This document shows, piece by piece, positions 1 to 10,752 of a stretch of DNA of 53,082 nucleotides. Origin of the DNA: Lama guanicoe. Lineage: Eukaryota. The stretch's first letter is position 1. Each line of letters opens with the position of its first letter. The notes beneath the pieces are model-generated. The model saw nothing but the letters and a program-made list of their open reading frames with translations, made no database searches and had not been told where the DNA came from. The translations under genes were made by a program, and so were the position numbers. The stretch covers positions 2,856,127 to 2,909,208 of the forward strand of contig MU053594.1 of assembly GCA_013239625.1 (NCBI GenBank), in the 5' to 3' direction.

Positions 1-869
1 CTGATCTTTTTCAAGAGGACTGAGATTTCTAGGTGGAATATTTTGATTTTTAAGGTTGGTAAAAAGTGTGAAAAAAAGTGTATGTTGAAAAACATGCCTG
101 AATTCACTCAGTGGGCCATCAGTTTGCACCCCCTGCTCTAGGATATTTGGGTAGCACTACTGATGATTCTTGTGCCCACTTGGGGGCTTGCAAGGACTGT
201 TCTGTGGATTCGTTTTGGCTGTATTCTAAGCGCCTGGCACAATGTCTGACACATAGCAGGCACACAATAAATACACTGAATGAACACGGTGCACAGACAC
301 CTCCCTCTGTATTCACTGTTATTCAGTCTAACGGTTGGTAAAACATTTAGGTTGCATTCTGAGATTGCTTCCTGTTAAAGGTCTGCTATTGGTATTTCCC
401 AGCTGTTACACATTGCTATTCTCAGTACTTTGCTTCATGGTTTGTTTCAAAATATTCTGGATACATCCTGCTTGTGTCAGACATGGTCATCACACTCCTC
501 CAACCGCCTTGTCATCACTTTGGTTTTCTGGCATCACCCGTTTCTACAACATAACATTCCCAGTGCAGAAAAAATGGTTTTACTGTCTGAGAAAAGACAA
601 GGCTGGCCTAGGATTGTTCCTTCCCCATCAGAGATCTTCCTTATATTGTGCAGCATAGTGAAGATAGTTGTTTTACTATTTCATTCATTCATTCAAAAGT
701 AAGTCCTTGAAAAAAAAATCATTGAAAGCATACTTGTCTGCCTGGCACCAAGAAGAAAAGACAAATAAATGCAACCTTCAATTTCAAGGAGCTTACAGGC
801 AAGTAAACAGATGGTAGCAGTATAGTGTAAAACATGCTATGAAGAGAAGAAACCACACACAGGAGAGGC

Positions 870-1120
870 AGTACAGCCAAGTGGTTAAGAGCATGAGCTG
901 CGGGCAGACGCCCCAGTTTCAAGCCTGGCTTCACTGCTTACCAGCTGTTTAACAAGTTATTTAACATCTTTGCAGCTTGGCTTTCCCATGTGTCAAATCA
1001 GGTGTGTGGGTTTCTACCTTGTAGGATTATAATGAAGATTTAAGTAAATTAATATATTGAAATGCTTAGAATAGTCTGGTATAAAGAAAGCACTCAATAA
1101 ACATTATCTGTTGCTACTAC
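870..1120 (+). mobile_element. MIR SINE remnant
   Basis: gtggttaagagcatg..caagttatttaacatctttg..ctaccttgtaggattataatgaagattaa..cactcaataaacatt resembles the MIR core and 3' end. Confidence 0.65.
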
Positions 1121-1136
1121 AGAAGGTGTGCTTAAC

Positions 1137-1138
<2 letters not shown>

Positions 1139-1172
<34 letters not shown>
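1139..1172. repeat. (TG)17 microsatellite
   Basis: Read directly. Confidence 0.95.
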
Positions 1173-1173
<1 letters not shown>

Positions 1174-1329
1174 TGCTTGGAGGTAGCGAGTAATAAAATT
1201 AGGAAGATTTTCCTGATTTAATTATTGATTTAAGTCTTAAAGACCATTTCCTCAACAAATATTTGTTGGGTATTTACTTTCACACTCGGCACTAAGTAAA
1301 TAAGTGTAAAGCAATAAGTTAGAAAATAT

Positions 1330-1625
1330 AGAAGGAGAAATTCCTAGGCAAGGGAACAGCAGGTGCAAAGTCATGAAGGTGTGAGAGGTCATGACAAGTT
1401 CTTGGAAGTGCACATGGATCAGTGAGAGGGAGAATAGGGGGGGAAATGAAGAGGGGTAAGAAATGAGAAAAGGAAGAAGTGGGGGCCAGGGTGTCAGATT
1501 ATAGGCGTAGTACGTCATACTATGGCATTTGAAATTTATTCCATAGACACAAGGAACCACAGAAGGTTTTAAGCAGAGGGAGTGATGGGATCAGACTTGT
1601 GTTCTTAAAACGTTACTCTGGTGAT
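1330..1625. mobile_element. L2 LINE remnant
   Basis: gggaacagcaggtgcaaag..ggaaccacagaaggttttaagcagagggagtgatgggatcagacttgtg is typical of L2. Confidence 0.55.
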
Positions 1626-2289
1626 CACGTCACTCTGGGCAAACTCAGTTTTCTTTAGGAGGTGAGACGTCCCTCAAAACTCCTTCTAACAGAGGGAGAG
1701 GATGGTTTTCTATGTAAATCAAAACTAACAAATTTTGAAATAAAAAGCACTTACAAATTAAGAAGTAAATGTGAGTTTTCCATACATGCAGTGTAAGTAA
1801 CACTTCAATTGGGAGCATGAGGTATTTATCTCAAAAAGAAATACCTGATAGCACCAGTGAAATTACCAACTCTAGCCAGGCCATTCTGGATCTATCTCAT
1901 ATCTTTTTTGTGTCTCATTCATTCATTTAATTAAACAAACATTTGTTGTGCCAGACACTGCTCTAAGGCACTCGGGAGGAACAACAACAAAGGTTCCTGC
2001 CCCTCTGCAAGACAACAATAATAAAATTTAAATGGAGTAAGTAAATCACATGAAATATTAAAAGGAGATTAAGAACTATTGAAATTTAAAAATGAAGCAG
2101 AGTGAAAACAACTGAAATCATACATTCATGGTAGGAATCATCACAGCATAATTTCAACAATGAAAGGAACTGGAAAAGCCCTCTGCAGTATGAAGTGTGA
2201 AATTCATGATAAACTCTAGGATGGGTGCAAAGTGTTATCTCAGGACACCGGTCTAAGCAGCAGAAAGAGAATCACCCTGAAAAACTGTC

Positions 2290-2422
2290 TGTATATATGT
2301 GTGTATATATAGATATACACATATATACACACATACACACATATACATATATATGCACATACATATCTATTAGCATGACTTATATAATCAGATGTGTGTG
2401 TGTGTGTGTGCATGTGTGTGCA
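2290..2422. repeat. Alternating purine-pyrimidine low-complexity tract (TA/CA/TG)
   Basis: tatatatgtgtgtatatatagatatacacatatatacacac.. followed by (TG)n. Confidence 0.85.
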
Positions 2423-3241
2423 TGATTTATAAAGCCTGTGTAAGCCTACTTTAAACCATATGATATGGACAAGGCTTAAAACGGGCTGGAACATTTTCCC
2501 CCCATTACTTCCACAATAAACAATTCCAGGGTTTGGTGTGGTGGGTGGGTGTGTGTACGTGTGGGTGTGTTTTGGACAGCAACTCCTGTCTGGAACAGGG
2601 CTGGCCAGAACCCTGTTCTTCCAAAACCTGTCCCGGTAACAGTCCAACCCGGCAGGAACCTCGATCTGTTTTTTCTTATCACAAAAACAAACAAACCCCT
2701 TCAACAAGCCAGTATCATAGAGTGGCGTCCTTCATCACTAAACCGCCCTTTCTGTAGTCTTGACTCCAAGGGAAGAATGCCACCTACCGAACCAACCACA
2801 CTAGTCAGCCAGTCCTGCAAAGTGCAGCAACGCTCAACTCAGCCCGGGTCCGCTCCAAATCCCCTCCCTCTGATTATTCTTTGGCCTTTAAAAAATTTGC
2901 CACTATTTGGGCTGACAGGAAGTTATGCTCTCAGTGCACATATCTGATAAACACTTCCACATATTGTAGCCTTCTCAACAGCGAAGCCAAATTTCAGAGT
3001 CCTCTCTCTGCCTGCGTTTTCCTTAATCGCCCTTGCACGTTTGGAGTGCCCAGGTCTCTGCAGCCCGCAGACAGCGGAAACCGCCCGTGCAAACTGCGCG
3101 GGGGCTGCTGCCCGGCCCTGCGGCTGCAGAAGCGGCGCGGGTCCCCCAGGGAGGCTAACGTGCGGGACTGCACAGGAGGTCAGTCGGGGCTTCCAAACCC
3201 CTCCGCGACGCGCAACTCCGTCCCCGGGCCATGCCGATCCC

Positions 3242-3261
3242 GGGCGGGGCGGGGGGCGGGG
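3242..3261 (+). promoter_or_regulatory. Tandem GC boxes / G-quadruplex motif
   Basis: gggcggggcggggggcgggg: four G-tracts with 1-nt loops, overlapping Sp1-type sites. Confidence 0.55.
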
Positions 3262-3862
3262 GACCCCTCTGCGGCACGGAGAAAGCCGGACAGGCATCAC
3301 CGGCACTTCTCTGTTCAGGCTGAAGTCGTCACGGCCGCGCCGATGCACGGGCTGCCGCGGCGCCTTTCCCGCGGGCGCAGCACGGGAAGGGATGGAGTCG
3401 GGGGCGAGTGGGCGGGGCGGCAGGAGAGGCGCGCACCCGCGCGCTAAAGGCCCGGTTAGTGACACCGGCCGGTGAGCCCCTTCGGACTGGACCCACTCGG
3501 CATCGCGGACTGAGAAGATCAGTCGGTGGCCGGTGTCCTAATTTATATCTGGAAAGGCGCGCGGCAGACCGGGCCGCCGCGGGGAGGGCCGCCGCCGGAG
3601 GAGGGCGGCCAGGGGCGGGCCCGACGCGGGGCGCCCGGCGCGGAGGGGCGGACCCGAGGCGGGGCGGCCGCCGCCGCAATCGCCTGCAGCCGCCTGCAGC
3701 CGCGCTCCGGAAGGCGGGCGGCGGTGCATGGCCCCGACGGGAGGTGCGCGGCCCGCACCCGGAGCCCCGCGCGCCGCCTGAGCGCTGCGGCCGCCTGGGC
3801 GCTGCGAGTCCTCGGCAGTCCGGCCGCCGCCCCGCGGACAGGACCGCGTAGCCCCCCTCTTG

Positions 3863-4061
3863 GGCTGGAACTTGCTGAAAGTCTTCCCCCTGGAAGCGAT
3901 GTCCCCCCAACAGGAGACGCTAGGGGGGCAGCCGGGGCGCTCCTCTTCCCTGACAGGACCCGCCCGGCTGGAACTTGCTGAAAGTCTTCTTCATGGAAGC
4001 GATGTCCCCCCAACAGGAGACGCTAGGGGGGCAGCCGGGGCGCTCCTCTTCCCTGACAGGA
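3863..4061 (+). repeat. Tandem duplication of ARHGAP20 start region (two 96-bp copies, period 103 bp)
   Basis: 3863-3958 and 3966-4061 are identical except ttccccctgg vs ttcttcatgg around the start codon. Confidence 0.95.
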
Positions 4062-4094
4062 GTGTGTCTGATCGCGGGAGGCTCCAGCACCAAG
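3993..4094 (+). CDS. ARHGAP20: ARHGAP20 coding exon 1 (MEAMSPQQETLGGQPGRSSSLTGVCLIAGGSSTK)
   Basis: ttcATGg at 3993; donor AAG|gtaagg at 4095; 102 nt, ends phase 0. Confidence 0.92.
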
Positions 4095-4121
4095 GTAAGG
4101 ACCCCGAGCAGAACCCCGTGC

Positions 4122-4145
4122 CCGCCGCCGCCGCCGCCGCCGCCG
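4122..4145 (+). repeat. (CCG)8 trinucleotide repeat at the start of intron 1
   Basis: ccgccgccgccgccgccgccgccg read directly. Confidence 0.9.
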
Positions 4146-6739
4146 CGGCGGCCCCATTCCCGGCGCGAGCCCTCTGCGCCCCCGCCTCCGCGGGGCTCAA
4201 CGTTCGAAGCTCGCGTTCGGAGCCGTTTGTTCCAGGCCATTCCCGCCTTACCCGCCCTCACGCCCGGCAGCGCCCCCAGCACCTCCCGGCCTTTTCTCAT
4301 CTAGCCTTACTCGCTCCACACAGGACCCCGCGGCAGCCCATCCACCGCGACCCCGGCGGCCCCGCTCCCGCCCCCGGCGGGGGCGAGGGCCGGGAGCCGG
4401 GCCATGCCTTTCCCCTTCCCCTCCTGGCGCCGGCTCTCGGCGCGCCGCCCCTCGGCGCGCCGCCCGAAGTCCCCCGGGCACTCACCGCTTCTTGACCGGG
4501 TCAGCCCCGATGTCGTTGAGGCCGGCGGCGTCTGTCCGGGCGCGGCTACCGCGCCGAGTAAGGTAGGCGGCCGCGCTGCGGCGCCCGCGGCCGCTTCGAG
4601 CGGTTTGCGAGGGTCGGGGCGGGGGGCGCGCCCCGCACTGCGCTCCTGGAAGGACTCCGGGTCTTCGAGGCGGTGGGCAGCCTCCTAGGTGTGCTGGGGA
4701 AGCTAACGGTCAGCGCCACGGAGGAGCCTGGGACCGTGCTGGGTGGGGCCGGTGGGCTGCAGCGGGGGGTCGTGAGGGCTGCGGTGAAGGGCCTTGGCCC
4801 TGCGCTCGGTCCCGGCTCCGGGGCTCGGCGGGGCTGGGGGGGACCGGGTGTCAGTGTGGGCGTGCGGACGGCGCGCTTGGTCCCTGTGAAAGCTGGGAGG
4901 AGGGATGCGGGCCACAACTTGCAGCGTACCATGCCGATCAACACAGCCGCCGTGCGGCGTGCCCATTCCGATCGGGTCAGGTTTCCTTGGAACCGTTCCC
5001 TCCGCAAGTGCACGTGGCCGCGAGCCGCCGGCCTCTGCGGCTTGGCTCTCTCTCCCAGTGATTGATTTGGGTGTTTCTAGCCTTGCTTGCTCTCGCTCCT
5101 CCCCTCCCCCAAGACCTTCTGCTATTTGGCCATTTTTACTGAGGGATAACCTAACTCTTCCTTGAGAAATGTCTTGAGGCATTGTATTTATATCTTTGGA
5201 GCCCTAAGGGACCGCGGAGGCTCCCTGATGTCAGAATCTTAGAGCCTTTCATGACTCCTCCGACCAGGATCCGGGTGGGCTCCAGGTCAATGGCAGAGCG
5301 GCGAGATCCGTGCGTCCGTGCGCCGAGTTGAGAAGTGTGTGTGAGCTCCCAAGGACCATGACCATGTCAGCAAGTCATCTAGGTGTTGGTGAACTCGGTA
5401 TCGCTGTAGTGCAGGCTCAGCTTTTGATGTATTGAGGCTGAGGTTTGTCCTTGTTGCTTGTCCCCTTCAGAGATGCACGGATTGGGGGGGGGGACTTAAA
5501 AGGTTAGAGCTTTATTTGGGAAGGTACTTGAATGTTCAGTAATTAGCATTTTAAAGCATTTTTATTCTTGTAAACTTAAGGAATTGGGAAAAATCAAATA
5601 TTTCTATTCGTGAACAGATCTCTTCCTTTTTTTACTAACGGTAATTAGGCATACTGGTGAGGGGAGAACACATTAGAGGAGCTTGCTCATGTATCAGTAG
5701 TATTGTCCAATAAATGATAGGTTGCTTTGCATCTTAAGCCATTGTCCTAAAATGCTGTCCTTCATTATAAAACATAGTGGGTTGTCTTGTTACCAATCCA
5801 GTCTTTTCCTTTTCCTTTTTAAAAAAAGTAAATGGATGTTGCCAGTCTGGTCTTTTGACAGCATTTTACTGCCTATAGAGCAGGAGTAAGGTTAAAGAAC
5901 TGTTTCATTTTGCTTTTAACATTTTTTTCCAGAAAAGTGCGTCTCCGCTTGTTCAAATATTAGTAGGCATGTCTATTTGATTTCAGACCCCCAGAGCAAT
6001 AGGAAGTAATACTAATAAAAGATTATTTACAAAAGCATAGCTCAGAGAACACTGCCATTTACACTCATGGACCACAATCTTCATGTATCCCAAATACTAA
6101 ACAGACTGATCTTTTTTAGATTTCACCCTACCATTCTAGTGCTTGGTCGTCCAGCTAAGTCATGGGATTTATTTCTAAAAAGTCTACTATGTGGTTGTAA
6201 TGTTAATTACTAGGACTTGGATCAATGTCGTTTAAATCACCAGTTATAATCAACATTTAAAAATGAAATAGAAAAGAAAATATTAGCAGGGTAGTAAGGG
6301 TAAAGACTGTTTTGTGTAACTTCTTTTTCTCTGTGTCACATATGTATATGTATTTTGGGTAGGGATGTAAAATATATTTCTTACTGAATGGTCAGAATTT
6401 TTAAAGATAGGTTTATTGGCCAGACCACTGCATGGGATGAGTTCACTTGGCTTTTAGTTCTAGCTGTATTACTGTCTCAGTAATCTTGAGAAAAATCACT
6501 TAACATGTTTCTGTTTCCTCATCTGTAAAATGGGAATCAAAGAGATAATGCTGGAGCAAGTGCTTTGAAAAGTATACACAGTGGACAAATACATCTTTTA
6601 CTCTATGAAAATAAGATGCTCTTAAATAATAGGCCTTAAAGGAACACGCTAAGCAGTAAAGCAGTAGGGTCTTTCAAGCTAGTCATCCTGAGAGTCTGAA
6701 TTCAGTGGTGTTACCAGTGCCTTGAATGTGGTTGCCAAG

Positions 6740-6965
6740 GACGCGGCTTTGTACACTGTGATGAAATTTGGAGTGTGATGACCTAGGTTCAATTCTACAT
6801 TGTTTCTGTCATAGCCTACTGACCTACTGAACCTTTCAGTTTCCTATATGTAAAATGAAAATAACAATAGTACCTAACGCCTTGAGATTTTGGGGGAAAA
6901 TCGAATGTGAAATTGAGTGAATATTGACATATAATAAGCACTCAAAAGGTGTTAGCTCTTATTGT
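6740..6965 (+). mobile_element. MIR SINE remnant
   Basis: cagtttcctatatgtaaaatgaaaataacaatagtacct..taagcactcaaaaggtgttagct. Confidence 0.6.
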
Positions 6966-7009
6966 TTGTACTTAACGTGCATGTCTGCTGTAATTCATAG
7001 TACTATGCC

Positions 7010-7800
7010 CCAGTGGTTCAAGCCAAAAATCTAGGATTCATTTTCAGCTCCTGGCATTTCCTCACTCTATAGCAACCATCAGAAAGGCCAGTTGACTATC
7101 ACATCAAAACATGTCTTGAATTTCTCCACTTCATCTCCACTGTTGTCACTGTAGTCCAAACCACCACCATCTCTCTTGTACCTTTGCAGAAAGTCCTTAA
7201 CTTGCCTAACACCTCTTTTTCTTGTTCTTCCCTGACCCAGTCTCCATTTAGGAGCACCAGAGTGATCTTTTAAAAATGTAAATTGATGCTGTTGCTCACC
7301 TGCTTAAAATCTTGTAGTGGCTTTCCGTCATACTTAGGATAAAATTCAGACTCCTCTTCTTGGCCCCCTTTACTTCACCCACCTCACCTGCCTTCTCTGC
7401 CTTGTTTGTGGATGCTCCAGCCACATGGGTCTTCTTTTTCACACATCACGTCATCAGATTCATTGTGTCCTGAGGCCTTGGTTTTGCTGTTCCCTGGGCT
7501 TCTGCCACAGGTCTTTGCCATGTGGACACTTCCGTATTGTTCAGATCTTGGGTCCTCCCCGAGACCCGTCCTGACTGCCTAAGTAGAAGTTGCTCCTCAG
7601 TCATGCTCTATGCCTTCTGTTTTATTTTCACCTTAGCATTCATCCTTGCCTGGTATGTTCTTATTTATTCTTTGTTGTGTTACCTGAACCACTCACCAAA
7701 TTGTGAAACCATGAGAAGAGGGACGTTATAGTATTCAAGGCAGCCTCCTCAGTGCCTAGGACACTGCATTTAACGTATTCATTAAATATTAGCTGGATTG
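7010..7800. mobile_element. L2 LINE remnant (3' part)
   Basis: ccagagtgatctttttaaaaatgtaaat..ctcacctgcttaaaatc..cagtgcctaggacact..attcattaaatatt, L2-like. Confidence 0.6.
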
Positions 7801-9477
7801 TGTACAGCAGCGAACAGGGACAGATACGCCCCTGTGTTCAGACTTTGTGACTTAGGGCAGGGTCAACAATCCTTTTCTGAGAGGGCCAGGTAGTGAATAA
7901 TTCAGGTTTGTAGACCACCTTGGGCTTCCTAGCTTTCAGAACCATGAGTAATAAGAAATAAATCACCCACTGTGTGTTATTTTGTTATAGTAAGTAGGCT
8001 AGCCGTGCTGACTACCTGGAAAATAAACTTTCCTGGAGGGGGAAAGTTTGCTCTCCTCCTTTCTTCTGCTCATATCTCAAGTGTTCTGGATCCCAAGGAT
8101 TCTACAGGCCCAGATGTGTGCAGAAGGTCTACATGGATGAATGCACCATTTGGTAGCTACAGTTTTCTGAAGCAACCTAGGATGGGGTGAGGTTTAACTT
8201 TTGTTTACTTACAGCAGACTGAGCCACAATGTGGGAGGCTGGAAAGGGATCAGAGGAAACTGCCTCTTATCAGCTACCAATAATGGGGCTTATAGGCAAC
8301 ACAGCCCGGATTATTTTATAATTTGTTTCAGTCTGATTTTCTATATCTAGGACAAGTTTAGATTAGAAACATCCAACCAACAGCAGGAATAGCCCTATCA
8401 GCACCGTATGTCAGTGTTGTGCTGAGCAGCCTTGACCTAATTTTGACAGACAGCTGTCACATGGCAAAACCAAAAGGTAAAAACCTGTTTCTGGATGTCT
8501 GGTGACTTGTGTGCGGATTCTGAAAATGGAATATATGTGTGCCCACATCAGCGCACATTTTAGAGCTCCAGAAAACTCAGCTTCTCTGTGGCCTTTTGCG
8601 TCCTGTTTACCTGGATCCTAATTTATAGCTACTAGTGTGTCTGTATTTCCTCTTCTGCCCTGACATTCACCATCTTGAACCTCAGCTTCCACAGTAGGCA
8701 TTTGCTAGGTTCCAGCATATCTAAATCTGGACAGACCTTGGCCCGCTGTCTTTTTGATTCTCATTTGATATACTCTGGTTTTTGCCATTGCGGTTTCTGG
8801 ATTTGATCAGGGGGAAGTGAGAGGTTGCTGTAAGGCAGAAATTCCCAACACAGCAGACCAGAGGGGTCTGACACATTCAGCCTTTAGCCTTCATGCAGGT
8901 GGATGGGCACTGGGGCAGCCAGAGAGCCCCTTTGTTTATCGCAGTGTGCTGTGGACGTACAAAGATCACATGGGCTTTGTGTGGGCTGTGATGTGAAAAA
9001 TGTGGTGCAGCCCTGCCCTGGAAGGGACTGTTAGGAAGAGAGCACTGGTGGTCGACCTTGCCTCCCCTAGGATGCTGCTGAAAGGGAATCGTAACAGGAG
9101 TTTGAAACTGGTGGCTTGGCCGCAGAAGGAAGCCCAGCCAGCCTGAGGGCCTGTAGTGGTCCTCCAGGCGGAGGCCAAGGAACAAATAACGTAGAAGGGG
9201 GTTCCGCTCTGCCTGTGTTTACTGTGTGAGTACTTATGCACTCTGTAGCCCTGGAGGAGTAGGGAGGCGTGGAGGCAGATGGGCATCTTTCTCAGCTCTC
9301 GGGAAGCCACTCAAACATTTTGTACAAAAACATGTTGGACAAAAAGCAAACAAGTAATTTCCATTTTCACGTATTATACTTCAGATGACTGTTAGATGAA
9401 TAAGGAAAATTACAGCTTCTGGCTATGAACCAGTTTGCTGGGATGGAGCCCAGTATATCAGTAGCTCGGTAGTTAGT

Positions 9478-10752
9478 TTTTTGTTGTTGTTTTTGTTTTT
9501 TCATCTCAGCAGCTTTGTTGCAATATAATTTCCATGTCATACAATTTATCCATTTAAAGTATCTAACTCAGTGGCTTTTAGTGTATTCATAGAATCGTGC
9601 ACCCATCACTACAGGCAATTTTAGAACATTTTCATTACCACAGAAGAAACTCTGCTGTCCCCTTAGCCATAACATCCCAATTCCCTGATCCTCGCCAAGC
9701 CCCAGGCAAGCACTCATCTACTTTAAGTTTCTACAGATTTGTCTGTTCTGGATCTTTTATTTAAATGGCATCATATAGTATGTTGTCCTTTGAGTCTGAT
9801 TTATTTTAATTAGCAATAATGTTTTCAAGATTCATCCATATTGTTGCACGTACATTACTTCTTTTCTTTTATTGGCATATAATACTCTATTTTATGGAGG
9901 TACCACATTTTGTTTATACATTCATCAGTCGATGGACATTGGGGTTGTTTCCACTTTTTGACCATTAAGAATAATGCTGCTGTAAACTTCACGTGCATGT
10001 TTCTTTGCGGACATAAGTTTTCATTTTTCTTGGTTACGTACCTAAAAGAAGTTGTGAGACCATATGGTCACTCTGTGTTTAGCCATTTGCAGAACTTCCA
10101 GACTGTTTTGCAAAGTGACAGCACCATTTTACATCCCCACTGGCCGGTGAGTAAGAGTTCAGTTTATCCACGTCCTCACCCCAGCATTGGTTATTTGTCT
10201 TTTTTGTTTGCCCATCCTGATGAGTAGTGCAAAGTGGTATTTCATAGTTTTGATGTACGTGTCCCTGATGGCTAGTGATGGTGAGTACCTTTTCATGCCC
10301 TCATTGGCCATTTATTTGTATACCTCCTGTCTATTTGCCCATTTTAAAACTGATTTATTTGTCATTATTGAATTGTAACCATTTTTTAAGTATTCTAGAT
10401 ATAAATCCCATGTCAGATACATGACTTGCAAAAATGTCCTCCCATTTTGTGGGCTTTCTTTCCACTTTCTTAATAGTGTCCTTTGAAGCAAAGGAGTCTT
10501 CATCTTGATGATGTCCAATTTATCTGTTTTTCTTTTGTTGTTTGTGTTTTTGGTGTCCTAGCTAAGAAACCATTGCCTAATCCATGGTCACACATACTTA
10601 TGTCTGTGTTTTCTTCTAAATTTTTTATAGTTTTGGCTATTACTTTTGGGTCTTGGATCCATTTTGAGTTAATTTTTGTAGATGGCATGAGACAGGAGTC
10701 CAGCTTTATTCTTTTGCATGTGGATACCCTGTTGTCCCAGCGCCATTTGTTG
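9478..10752 (-). mobile_element. L1 LINE 3' region (old L1MA/MB-type), antisense
   Basis: T-rich tail; cattcatcagtcgatggacattggggttgtttccac..aataatgctgct; minus-strand ORF2-like peptides (KINSKWI.D..V..KTIK.LEEN). Confidence 0.85.

Larger units (their letters stand above)
3050..5050. promoter_or_regulatory. CpG-island promoter of ARHGAP20
   Basis: About 2 kb of very GC- and CpG-rich sequence around exon 1, with GGGCGG boxes, against an AT-rich CpG-depleted background. Confidence 0.9.

Noticed and set aside
2881..5182. Many long overlapping ORFs on both strands (100-211 aa)
   Set aside because: These are expected from stop-codon scarcity in a GC-rich CpG island. They are Arg/Gly/Pro/Ala-rich with no recognisable domain; only 3993-4094 is supported as coding.
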